Position numbers and translations under genes: made by a program. Under the pieces are notes generated by a model. It saw only the letters and a program-made list of their open reading frames with translations. It was not told the DNA's origin and searched no databases. This document shows, piece after piece, positions 47,856 to 60,342 of a stretch of 64,000 bases of DNA (its first letter is position 1; each line of letters begins with the position of its first letter). The stretch is from an uncultured delta proteobacterium (GTDB lineage Bacteria > Desulfobacterota > Desulfobaccia > Desulfobaccales > 0-14-0-80-60-11): assembly GCA_963768765.1 (NCBI GenBank), contig CAVYJK010000019.1, positions 11,604-75,603 on the forward strand, written 5' to 3'.

Positions 47856-48985
47856 ATGACGGAAGGAGTTCGGCTTATTAGAAAACTGGTTATCATCGGG
47901 TGCTTACTGCTGCTCGCAGCCACCCCCGCGGCCGCGGAGGTTAAAATCGGGTTATACCTGCCCATGACCGGGCCGGCCGCGGCCATGGGCCAGATGGTCT
48001 GGGAAGGGGTGCAGGTGGCCCACCGGCTGCAGCCCAAGGTTCTGGGCCAACCGGTGCGGCTGGAACTTTTGGACACCCGCAGCGACCGCATCGAAGCCGC
48101 CAACGCGGTGAGCCGCCTGATTGAAAAGGACAAGGTGGCGGCCATCATCGGCGAAGTCATCAGCAGCGACACCCTGGCCGGGGTGCCCATCGCCGAGCGG
48201 GCCGGCATCCCCAACCTGTCGCCCACGGCCACCAACCCCCTGGTGACCCAGAACCGCAAGTACGCTTTCCGGGCCGCCTACGTGGATGACTTGCAAGGAA
48301 AGGTGGCGGCGCGGTTCGCCTGGGAGAACCTCAAGGCCCGCAGAGTGGCGGTGCTCATCGACCAGGGCCAGGATTACTGCGTGGGCCTGGCCAATTTTTT
48401 CACCCAGGAGTTTAAGCGCCGGGGGGGTGAGATCGTGGCCACCAGTTATCTCCAGACGGGCGACCAGGACTTCAGCGCCCAGATCTCGGCCATGAAGGCG
48501 GCCAATCCCGATCTGATTTACGCCCCCAACTACTACACCGAGGACGCCCTGCTGGCCAAGCAGCTCAAGGACCTGGGGGTGAAGACCACCGTCCTCACCG
48601 GCGACGGCGCCCAGGTGCCGGAGCTGGTTACCATCGGCGGGGAGGCGGTGGACGGCATGTATTTCACCGCCCTGTTCCACCGGCAGGGGGCCACCTCGGA
48701 GTTGGGGCGCCGCTTCCTGAAGGCGTATGAGTCCACCTATCACAAGCAACTGGACGCCTTCGCGGCCCTGGGCGGCGACAGCTATTTCCTGCTGGCCGCG
48801 GCCATGGACCGGGCCGGTTCCCTTGACGGCGCCAAGATCGCCCGGGCCCTGGCCGAAACCAAGAACTTCTCCGGGGTCACCGGCGAACATCACCATGGGC
48901 CCGGACCACAACCCCATCAAAGGAGTGACGGTCATCAAGGTGGAAAAGGGGCAGTTTGTTTATCAGACCACGATAAATCCCATAA
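47856..48985 (+). CDS. Branched-chain amino acid ABC transporter substrate-binding protein (orphan); apparent frameshifts near the 3' end
   Basis: VKIGLYLPMTG, SPTATNP, YAFRA, GDQDFSAQ, FSGVTG. Confidence 0.85.
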
Positions 48986-48999
48986 TTGCGGGAAATGCC

Positions 49000-49201
49000 A
49001 TGAAGATCAAGGTTATCTTGCACGAAGCGGAAGAAGGCGGTTATTGGGCCGAAGTGCCTGCCATTCCCGGCTGCGCCACCCAGGGGGATACCTTTGAGGA
49101 ACTGTTGAAAGAATCTTTACGAGGCAGTGGAAGGCTGCCTCTCCGTGGATGTGGAACAGCCTAAGGCTCCGAAGGGGAGAGTACTGGAAATCGCCATATG
49201 A
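49000..49201 (+). CDS. hicB: HicB antitoxin; apparent frameshift ~49110
   Basis: HEAEEGGYWAEVPAIPGCATQGDTFEEL then LYEAVEGCL. Confidence 0.85.
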
Positions 49202-49407
49202 GAGCGATGTCCGGCAAGGCGTTCGCCAAGATTATCGAGCGTCACGGCTGGGAGTTATTGCGTATTAGCGGCAGCCACCATATTTACGGCAAATCTGGAA
49301 CCGTGGTACGTTTATCCGTGCCGGTTCATGGTACCAATCCTTTGAAAATCGGACTTCTTAAGCATTTATGCAAGATGGCGGGCCTGGAAGAAAGCGATCT
49401 GGAATGA
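49198..49407 (+). CDS. hicA: HicA toxin
   Basis: GWELLRISGSHHIY, SVPVHG, LKIG; ATGA overlap with hicB. Confidence 0.9.
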   Translation: MRAMSGKAFAKIIERHGWELLRISGSHHIYGKSGTVVRLSVPVHGTNPLKIGLLKHLCKMAGLEESDLE

Positions 49408-49477
49408 TCCTTTGTAACTGAAAAAATATTAGGTGATCAAAACTGACATCCAACCCTAAACAACCGAGTCTATTCAT

Positions 49478-51981
<2,504 letters not shown>

Positions 51982-51995
<14 letters not shown>

Positions 51996-53013
51996 AGCTA
52001 AACATGTGGCCGTCATCGGCGCCGGCAGCTGGGGGACCACCCTGGCCCAACTCCTGGGGGATAAGGGTATAAGCGTCCGCCTCTGGGTCCGGGAGCCCCA
52101 GGTCTTGGAAGACCTGGGCCGGGACCGGATCAACCACACCTTTTTGCCGGGGGTCCGGCTCTCCTCCCGCCTCAGCTTCACCCGGGAATTTGCCGAAGCT
52201 CTTACGGGCGCGGGCGTGGTCCTCATGGCGGTGCCCTCCCACGTCTTTAGGCCAACGCTTAAGGCCTTGAAACCCCACTGGCCCGCCCAAGGGGTTCTCC
52301 TGAGCGCCACCAAGGGCATGGAGATGGACTCCCTGCTCTTTATGGACGGGGTGACCCGGGAAGAGTTGGGCCCGGCCGCGCCCTTCGCGGTGCTCTCCGG
52401 CCCCAGTTTCGCCCGGGAGGTGGTGGAGAAGCAACCCACCGCGGTGACCCTGGCCTCCCGCTGGCGGGAAGTGGCCCAGTACCTGCAAAAATTGCTCTCA
52501 GCCCCTTACTTTCGAGTCTATACCTCCCACGACGTCACCGGCGTCGAACTGGGCGGGGCCCTGAAGAACACCTTCGCCATCGGCACCGGCATCCTCGCCG
52601 GCATGGGCCTGGGGGACAACCCCCGGGCCGCGGTCATCACCCGGGGGCTGGCGGAGATGACCCGCCTGGGGACCCGCCTGGGGGCCAACCCCATTACCCT
52701 CACCGGCCTGGCGGGCCTGGGGGACCTGGTCCTCACCTGCACCGGGGCCCAGAGCCGCAACTTCCAGGTGGGGGTCAGGCTGGGCCAGGGAGAGGCCCTG
52801 CCCCAAATCCTGGCCGGCATGGCCATGGTGGCCGAAGGGGTGAAAACCTCCCGGGCTTTCCATCACCTGGCCGAGCGCCTGGGGGTGGACATGCCCATCG
52901 TGGCCGCGGTCTATAAAATCCTTTATGAAGGCATGGCCCCCAGGGAGGCCATCAAAAAATTGATGGCCCGGGAGCTCAAAGATGAGCTGGAGGCCATGAC
53001 CGAGACCTGGTGA
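51982..53013 (+). CDS. gpsA: NAD(P)H-dependent glycerol-3-phosphate dehydrogenase
   Basis: GAGSWGT, SGPSFA, GGALKN, GLGDLVLTC..SRN. Confidence 0.95.
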
Positions 53014-53175
53014 AGACCGCCGCCGTCTCGGGTCGCCAGAATTGCTTACCGAGACTTCTTTTGGACTTGGTAATTGCCCCCATTGCTGGTATGTAAAATG
53101 GCCAAGACTCGCCTCCCACGGTCCGGCAGGAAACAGAAAAAAGCAGTGGAAAACGCCCAAGGGGTAACGCCCACC

Positions 53176-54564
53176 ATGGCCTACGAACACTTCGACCCCA
53201 GGATACCTTCCTTGGGGGAGCCCAAGGTGGCATCCCCCATCCGCGACTACACCATGGTCAACCGCGACGGCCGGGTCATCGAAAAATCCTTTGTCCGGGA
53301 AACGGATAAGGTCCTGGTCTATGATTCCCAGGAATATCTGGAGAACCTGAAACCCGGGGAGCAGCCCCTCTACTTTGAAATGGCCGGGCCCCGGCCCCAG
53401 ATCTATTTCGATCCCTCCAAGGTCCACTGCGCCATCGTCACCTGCGGGGGCCTGTGCCCCGGCACCAACGACGTCATCCGGGCCATCGTCTTGGAGCTTT
53501 ACTACCTTTACAACGTCCGGCACATCTACGGGGTGCGCTACGGCTTCCAGGGCTTCATTCCCCAATACGGCCACGACCTGATGGACCTCACCCCAGACGA
53601 TGTGGCCAACATCCACACCTTCGGGGGCACTATCCTCTCCACCTCCCGGGGCCCCCAGGACACCGGGGAGATCGTGGACGCCCTGGACCGCATCAACATC
53701 CGCATCCTCTTTCTCATCGGCGGCGACGGGACCCTCAGGGCCGCCTCGGAGATTTACGACGAAATCACCCGCCGGGAGCTGCGCATCGCGGTCATCGTCA
53801 TCCCCAAGACCATCGACAACGACATCGCCCTGGTGAGCCGCTCCTTCGGCTTCGACACCGCGGTGCAGGAGGCCACCAACTCCATCCATGCGGCCCATAC
53901 CGAGGCGGTGGGCTCCCCCAACGGCATCGGCCTGGTGAAACTCATGGGGCGCTACTCCGGGTTCATCGCCGCCAACGCCACCCTGGCCCTGCGGGAGGTC
54001 AACTACGTCCTCATTCCCGAGATGGACTTCGATCTGGAGGGAGATTGCGGCCTGCTGGCCAACCTGGAGTGGCGCCTCAGGGAGCGCCGCCATGCCCTGA
54101 TCCTGGTGGCCGAAGGCGCGGGGCAGAAATTCTTCCGCAAAGAAGACCTGCCCCTGGACCCCTCGGGCAACATCAAGCCCGGGGATATCGGCGTATTCCT
54201 CCAGGAACAGATCAAGGAATACTTCCGCGGGCGCAACATTGAGGTCAACCTGAAATACATCGACCCCAGCTACTTGATCCGCAGCGTGCCGGCCAATTAT
54301 AATGACCGCATCTACTGCGGCTTCCTGGGGCAAAACGCGGCCCACGCCGGCATGGCGGGCAGAACCGCCATGCTGGTGAGCCGCTGGCACAGCCATTACG
54401 TGCACATCCCCATCAAGGCCGCGGTGAACAAACTTAAAGAGGTGGAGCTGGACTCGCCCCTGTGGCGCAGCGTCCTGGAATCCACCGGTCAGCCGCCGTT
54501 GAAGAATTTGTGTAAGCAGCTGTCAGCTTTCAGCGGTCAGCCTGCAGCCAGGACTAAGGACTGA
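53176..54564 (+). CDS. pfkA: ATP-dependent 6-phosphofructokinase
   Basis: TCGGLCPG, GGDGT, PKTIDND, SFGFDTA, MGR, YIDPSY. Confidence 0.92.
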   Translation: MAYEHFDPRIPSLGEPKVASPIRDYTMVNRDGRVIEKSFVRETDKVLVYDSQEYLENLKPGEQPLYFEMAGPRPQIYFDPSKVHCAIVTCGGLCPGTNDVIRAIVLELYYLYNVRHIYGVRYGFQGFIPQYGHDLMDLTPDDVANIHTFGGTILSTSRGPQDTGEIVDALDRINIRILFLIGGDGTLRAASEIYDEITRRELRIAVIVIPKTIDNDIALVSRSFGFDTAVQEATNSIHAAHTEAVGSPNGIGLVKLMGRYSGFIAANATLALREVNYVLIPEMDFDLEGDCGLLANLEWRLRERRHALILVAEGAGQKFFRKEDLPLDPSGNIKPGDIGVFLQEQIKEYFRGRNIEVNLKYIDPSYLIRSVPANYNDRIYCGFLGQNAAHAGMAGRTAMLVSRWHSHYVHIPIKAAVNKLKEVELDSPLWRSVLESTGQPPLKNLCKQLSAFSGQPAARTKD

Positions 54565-54593
54565 TTGCATAGGTTAGGTAACATATTAGAACC

Positions 54594-54787
54594 ATAGTGG
54601 TCTGTTTCATAAATAAGGTGACATTTGAAGGCAGATTTACCCCCCTTTTCTAAAGGGGGGCAAGGGGGATTATAAAAACCGCTTAATAATCCCCCTAAAT
54701 CCCCCTTTAAGAAAGGGGGACTTAGGCGTTCCAAACCCGACGCCTCTGCCCTTATTTTAGGTGACGCTAATTATGAAACGCCACACG
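54594..54787. mobile_element. MITE-like element, same family as 42966-43165
   Basis: TAGTGGTCTGTTTCATAA...TAATTATGAAACG ends and the same palindromic core. Confidence 0.72.
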
Positions 54788-54936
54788 AGAATCGGTCCTC
54801 TCCCCCGCTTGGGGGAGAGGGTTGGGTGAGGGGGGCGGGCGGCCGGGGACGGCCGCCCTACCAAAAACTCTTTTCAGGTGGGGCGGGCCTCCGTGCCCGC
54901 CATCCTTAAGTGCACTTGTATAATGATAGATTTACC

Positions 54937-55348
54937 ATGAACATTGAACCTAAACCACCCGTGTTCCAGTGCCGCCAGTGCGGCGACTGCTGCGCCGGCC
55001 GGGGCGGCATCTTCGTCAAACCCGAGGAAGTGGAGCAGATGGCGGCGCTGCTGGCGACTGCCGGTGGCGGAATTTTGCCGCCGTTACGTGGAGTCCTCGG
55101 AACTGGGGGCGCGCCTCACCACGGAAAACGGGGTCTGCGTCTTTCTCCTGGAAGGCAACCTCTGCCAGGTCCATGCAGTGAAGCCCTTCATCTGCCGACA
55201 GTGGCCCTTCCTGCCGGCCCTGCTGGTGCACCCCGACGAGCTGGAGCACGCCAAGGGCGCCTGCCCCGGCATCAATCCGCACTGCAGCCACGCGGACTTT
55301 GTGGAGGAGGCCCTGAACCAGGGCGAGAAGTTCGTAGCTAATCAATGA
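54937..55348 (+). CDS. YkgJ family Zn/Fe-chelating cysteine cluster protein; apparent frameshift ~55058
   Basis: CRQCGDCC, CVFL, CQVHAVKPFICRQWPF, CPG. Confidence 0.85.
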
Positions 55349-55486
55349 TGGGCCTGCCCATCCCACCTGAATTGGTGGCACAGGCTTTCCAGCCTGTGCT
55401 GACGCAGGCTGAAGCTTGCGGCTACAGAAGCCATGGCCATGGTGGGCCCGGCCCACCCTACTTTAAAGCGGAGCCAATAAACCATA

Positions 55487-56255
55487 ATGGATAGGAATCT
55501 TATCAGAATTTCACTGGCCCTGGTCTTCACGGCCCTGCTGCTGGCCCCGGCCCTGGCCGCGCCGGCGGGCGGACCCGACCCGGCCCAAGAACCCTTCCAG
55601 GCAAGGCATGGCCGCCCTGAACCAGGGCAACGCCTCCCTGGCGGTGGAGAAATTCACCGAGGCCCTGCAGCTCAACCCGGACCTGGTGGAGGCCTACATC
55701 AACCGCGGCACCGCCCAACTCAAGCTGGAGCAGTACGCCGAGGCGGTGGGCGATTTCGACAAGGCCCTGGAGCTGGCCCCCAAATCCTCGGAGGCCTACT
55801 ACAACCGGGCCCTGGCCTACAGCCGCTCGGGCCTCTTCGACAAGGCCCTGGAAGATTACACCCAGGCCCTGAAATATGCGCCCAAGGATTGGCAGACCTA
55901 TTACAACCGCGGCAACGCTTATCTGGATATGGGTAAGCTCCACGAGGCCCTGAAAGACTACAACCAGGCCCTGAAGCTCCATCCCCAGTCCCCGGAAGTC
56001 CTGCACAACCGGAGCCTGGCCTACCTGCACCTGGGCCAGGCGGCCCAGGCCCTAAAGGATTCGCAGGCCGTCCTCACACTCAACCCCAACTTTTCCCGGG
56101 CCTACTTCAGCCAGGCCCAGGCCCTGGAAAAGCTGGGCCAGAAATACGAAGCCATGGCCGCCTACCGGCAGTTTCTGAAATCCGCCAACCCGGACACGGA
56201 CGCCAACCTGCTCAAGGAGGCCCTGGAGCGGCTGAAGGCATTGGAAGGGAAATAG
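55487..56255 (+). CDS. Secreted TPR protein; apparent frameshift ~55600
   Basis: Signal peptide; repeated AYxNRG TPR units. Confidence 0.85.
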
Positions 56256-56451
56256 AAACAGGGGCCTCGGATTAGTGGTCAGGGGCCAGGAAAGGCAACT
56301 TTTATTTTGAGTCTGCGGGGAACCAGGGACAGCTTAATGATAAAATACCGCGCTCATGGACCGGGATTATTGAAAAGCCGCCTTCGTAACCCCCTGGCAT
56401 CTGATCCCTGGCCCCTGTTCCCTAAACGCTGAAAGCTGATTGCTGAAAGCT

Positions 56452-57994
56452 ATGAGCGTCTATCTCACCACGCCCATTTATTACGTCAACGCCGAGCCCC
56501 ACCTCGGCCACGCCTACACCACGGTGGTGGCCGACGCCCTGGCCCGCTTCCACCGCCTCCTGGGGGTTCAGACCCGCTTCCAAACCGGCACCGACGAGCA
56601 CGGCGAAAAGGTGCTGGAGGCCGCCGCGGCCGCGGGCCTGCCGGTGAAAGACTTCGTGGACCGGGTCAGCGCCCTCTTCCGTCAGACCTGGGATGAGATG
56701 GACATCAGCTACGACCACTTTATCCGCACCACCCAGCCGGAGCACGTCCAGGTGGTGCAGGAGGTCCTGGCCCGGGTCCACGCGGCCGGCGACATCTACT
56801 TCGGGGAGTACGGCGGCCTCTACTGTTACGGCTGCGAGGCCTTTTATCTCGAGCGGGACCTGGTGCACGGCCTCTGCCCGGACCACCGGGTCAAGCCCAC
56901 CTTCATCAAGGAAGAAAACTACTTCTTCCGCATGAGCAAGTACCAGGGCTGGCTCCTGGATTATATAAACGACTACCCCGACTGGATCCGGCCGGAGCGC
57001 TACCGCAACGAAGTGCTGGCCTTCTTGAAGGAGCCCCTGGAGGACCTGTGCATCTCCCGGCCCCGGAGCCGCATCGAGTGGGGCATCCCGCTGCCCTTCG
57101 ACGAGCGCTACGTCACCTACGTCTGGTTTGACGCCCTGCTCAACTACCTCTCAGGTCTGGACTACCCCGAAGGGGAACCTTACAAAAAATTCTGGCCGGC
57201 CCAACACCTCATCGCCAAGGACATCCTGAAGCCCCACGCCATCTACTGGCCCACCATGCTGGCCTCCATGGGGGTGGAGCCTTTTCGGCACCTCAACGTG
57301 CACGGCTACTGGCAGGTGGCCGCAGGCAAGATGTCCAAGAGCCTGGGCAACGTGGTGGAGCCCCGGTGGCTTACGGCCCGCTACGGCCTGGACCAGGTGC
57401 GCTACTTCTTTCTGCGGGAGATGGTCTTCGGCCTGGACGCCCACTTCAGCGAAGCGGCCCTCATCGCCCGCATCAACGCCGACCTGGCCAACGACCTGGG
57501 GAACCTCTTCGCCCGCAGCTTGGGGATGGCCTTCAAGTACCGGCAAGGCGTGGTGCCGCCGCCGGGGGTGCCGGCGGAGCCGGACAAAGAGGTGACCGCT
57601 GCGGCCCGGGACGCGGCCGCCGACTTCCTGCGCCATTTCCCGGCCCTGGAATTCTCCCGAGCCCTGGCGGGCTTATGGGAGTTCATCGGGACCCTCAACC
57701 GCTACATCGTGACTTCGGCCCCCTGGGAACTGGCCAAGGCGCCGGACGCCGCCGGCCGCCTGGACACGGTGCTTTACCACTTGCTGGAGTCCCTGCGCTG
57801 GATCGCGGCGCTGCTCCGACCCGTAATGCCCGGCAGCGCCTTGAAGATGAGCGAACAACTGGGCCTGGGCCTGAGCCCTGTGGGACCACACCCTCCCGCA
57901 GACCCTGACCTGGGGCCGCCTGCTGCCCGGCGGCGCCCTGAAGAAAGGCCCGGCCCTGTTCCCGCGGATAGAGGTGGAGGAGAAGGAGAAGTGA
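56452..57994 (+). CDS. metG: Methionyl-tRNA synthetase (short form); frameshift ~57877, true end LFPRIEVEEKEK
   Basis: TTPIYYVN, HLGH, GTDEHG, YVWFDAL, KMSKS. Confidence 0.95.
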
Positions 57995-57996
57995 GA

Positions 57997-58181
57997 GTTT
58001 GGGGGAGGGGGCTAAGGGCAGCAAGCCCTTACCCCCTCCCCCAAGCCCCCACCCCCAATCCCTTATGGTTTCAAGTGCTCGGGAGTCGAGGCCAAAAGGC
58101 CTCGCCTTCCGGCCATCCTTAAGCGGGTTGGGAGGGGGGTTGGGGGGAGGGCAGGGACGAAGTCCCTGGCCCTCCCCCCAA
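57997..58181. repeat. About 190-bp three-hairpin repeat element
   Basis: Homologous to 46981-47168. Confidence 0.75.
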
Positions 58182-58204
58182 TAAAACCCCAATGAGGGTG
58201 ATCC

Positions 58205-58759
58205 ATGGCTGTCAGGTTTCGGGGTTGTTGGGGAGCTGCCTTGGCAGCGGCCCTGCTTTTGGCCGGTTGCGCCGGGGCGCCGCCGCCTCCGCCGCCGTCC
58301 GTGGGGCCGCCGCCCGCGGTATGGCGTTCGCCCCAGGGGGTGGCCCTGGAGCGGGCCCTGGGCGAGTTCTACGGCGCTCCCTACCGCTCCGGGGGCACCA
58401 CGCCGGAGGGGGTGGACTGCTCCGGGTTGATTCAGGCCTTGTATCAGCGGGCCGGGGTAATCCTTCCCCGCACCGTGGCGGAGCAGTTCAACGAGGGCCG
58501 ACCCGTGGCCCCGGGGGAGCTGCGCTTCGGGGACGTGGTCTTTTTCAACCGCTACTGCCAGGCCCGGGGCCGAAGCCCGTTCCTGGCCGGCATGCTGCCC
58601 CCGGCCTACGCCGACGAGGTGTGCCACAACGGCCTTTACCTGGGCGACGGCCGCTTTGTCCACGCCTCCCCCCAGGGCGTCTTCGTGAGCCGGCTGGACG
58701 CCGAAATCTGGCGCATATCTTTTAAAGGGGCCCGGCGCTATCTGGTTTCGGGCTATTAA
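58205..58759 (+). CDS. NlpC/P60 (C40) lipoprotein
   Basis: LAGC lipobox, PYRSGG, DCSG, HNGLYLG, FVHAS. Confidence 0.9.
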   Translation: MAVRFRGCWGAALAAALLLAGCAGAPPPPPPSVGPPPAVWRSPQGVALERALGEFYGAPYRSGGTTPEGVDCSGLIQALYQRAGVILPRTVAEQFNEGRPVAPGELRFGDVVFFNRYCQARGRSPFLAGMLPPAYADEVCHNGLYLGDGRFVHASPQGVFVSRLDAEIWRISFKGARRYLVSGY

Positions 58760-58761
58760 CC

Positions 58762-59334
58762 ATGCAATCCAAGTTTTTCAAGGAGTTCCGCATGCAGAAG
58801 AATCGCCATCGCTACCTGGTTTGGTTAGGCCTCATCGTGTTGGTGGGCACAATGGGCGGCGCCCTGGAGGCCGGGGCCCAATTAAATCTGAACAATTTCA
58901 TGGATAAATCCTGGGGAGATTACACCTGGGGCGCCTGGGGCGCCTCCCGGGAGGCCTCCCGCCTGGGCCGGGAGGAATTGATCGCCCGGGAGAACTATTG
59001 CCCCAGCAACGGCTGCGTCCTGCGCCTGGAAAAGGTGCAGGTGCTCCCCCCCAGGGCCCGCCAGGGCGACAGCCTGACTTTGGCGACGACCTATACCATC
59101 CTCACCCCGGAGCAGATCGCCCTCCCCGTGACCATCACCCGGGAGATCGTCTTTCAGGGAAAATCCCTGGGAAAGACCAGGAGCATGGAAACGCGCCAGC
59201 TCAACGGCACCTGGAGCCAGGAGGTGGATTTCAAGCTGCCGGCCAATGCGGCGGCGGGCACCTACACCCTGAACACCCGGGTCAGCACCGGCTACGGCCA
59301 GGAGGCCAAGAGCGTCGATTTCCAGGTTTATTAG
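58762..59334 (+). CDS. Hypothetical exported protein, beta-rich C-terminal domain
   Basis: N-terminal hydrophobic segment; strong GC3 bias. Confidence 0.7.
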   Translation: MQSKFFKEFRMQKNRHRYLVWLGLIVLVGTMGGALEAGAQLNLNNFMDKSWGDYTWGAWGASREASRLGREELIARENYCPSNGCVLRLEKVQVLPPRARQGDSLTLATTYTILTPEQIALPVTITREIVFQGKSLGKTRSMETRQLNGTWSQEVDFKLPANAAAGTYTLNTRVSTGYGQEAKSVDFQVY

Positions 59335-59530
59335 TGTAATGTTTCGCAGTTAACTATGCATAATATCGGGCTAGAAAATATGGCTTGGGAACCTTAAGTC
59401 CCCCTTTGGAAAAGGGGGATTTAGGGGGATTTCAACTGGTTTTCAAGAAATCCCTCCTGACCCCCCTTTAGAAAAGGGGGGTAAAAAATCAGCCCCTCGA
59501 AGTCACGTTATTTATAAAACACGCGATTAG
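59332..59530. mobile_element. Degenerate MITE-like element (42966 family core)
   Basis: Begins at a TAG stop (TAGTGTAATGTTTC), carries the same CCCCCTTT..AAAGGGGG core inverted, ends ...ATTAG. Confidence 0.55.
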
Positions 59531-59619
59531 TACGGCGTCCGCCGACCTTAATCCTGAAAGCATTTTTGATTCATTGCTTGGGGGGGACGGCGGGATTCCC
59601 CGTCCCCCCAAACCTCGCC

Positions 59620-59880
59620 TTAACCGCAGAGGCGGACCGCAGGACCCAAAGGCCGCAGTTTTTCGGCTTCCTCCCACTCAGCCACCAGCAAACTGATGCG
59701 GCCGCACCCCCGGGTGATAAGAAAGTGCCAGGCATCCTCCACGGTAAAAAAGCCCTGTTGGGGAGCGACCAGCTCCACCCGCTGGGCCCGCTGCCCCAGG
59801 TTTTGTACGGCCCGGGCCGCGTCAAAGTCCTCCGGCACCTCGGCGCCGCCCACCAGGTAAACGATCAGGCCATCTTTCAT
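59620..59880 (-). CDS. Small hypothetical protein downstream of the cobalamin riboswitch
   Basis: RBS GGAGG, MKDGLIVYLVG..., 86 aa, GC3-biased. Confidence 0.7.
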   Translation of the reverse strand: MKDGLIVYLVGGAEVPEDFDAARAVQNLGQRAQRVELVAPQQGFFTVEDAWHFLITRGCGRISLLVAEWEEAEKLRPLGPAVRLCG

Positions 59881-59951
59881 CGGACCCTCCAATCATGGAA
59901 TTTCGGGAAGCCAAGCCTCCCGGGAGCCGAGCCCGTTGTCCCCCTGAGCCC

Positions 59952-59980
59952 AAAAAAAACCCGGGTCCGTTAAGACCCGG
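59952..59980 (-). terminator. Intrinsic terminator in the riboswitch expression platform
   Basis: CCCGGGTC-TTAACG-GACCCGGG followed by T8 on the minus strand. Confidence 0.7.
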
Positions 59981-60069
59981 GGATGGCACCCAGCTTTCTT
60001 GATCCCAGGGGGGCCCGAGGGGAATCTCGGGCCGGCCGGGCCACCCTCCGCGGGGGGCCGTGGCCAGCC

Positions 60070-60232
60070 AGACGGGCAGGTCTTCTGACTCCCGGATCGT
60101 CCTACTCCCTGCGCCTTCCCCTTCCCTTGGCGGGAAAAGTGGCATCCCACAGGTTTCGTCCCCGGATACAGCGGCGGGACCGCGCCGGCCTCGCACCGGC
60201 TTCCCTTAAAAGCCCCGAAGGGCACCCATCTG
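60070..60232 (-). ncRNA. Cobalamin (B12) riboswitch
   Basis: GGTGCCC...TAAGGGAAGCCGGTGCGAGGCCGGCGCGGTCCCGCCGCTGT...GCCACT...GGGAAGGC...GAGTCAGAAGACCTGCC (B12 box). Confidence 0.93.
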
Positions 60233-60342
60233 CTCTGGAACCAGTATCATAGATCAGGCCATCTTCGTCAAGGAAATAATAGTCGACTTATACGCCAACT
60301 AAGCTCTTTCTCTTGGAGATAATTTCAGCTAAAATAGGGCAG

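Noticed and set aside
48727-49164. Apparent fusion of the ABC binding-protein C-terminus to HicB
   Set aside because: One indel near AATCCCATAA restores a stop at 48983-48985, and hicB has its own ATG at 49000.
56452-57994. MetG lacking the C-terminal tRNA-binding domain as a novelty
   Set aside because: Short monomeric MetRS forms are common.
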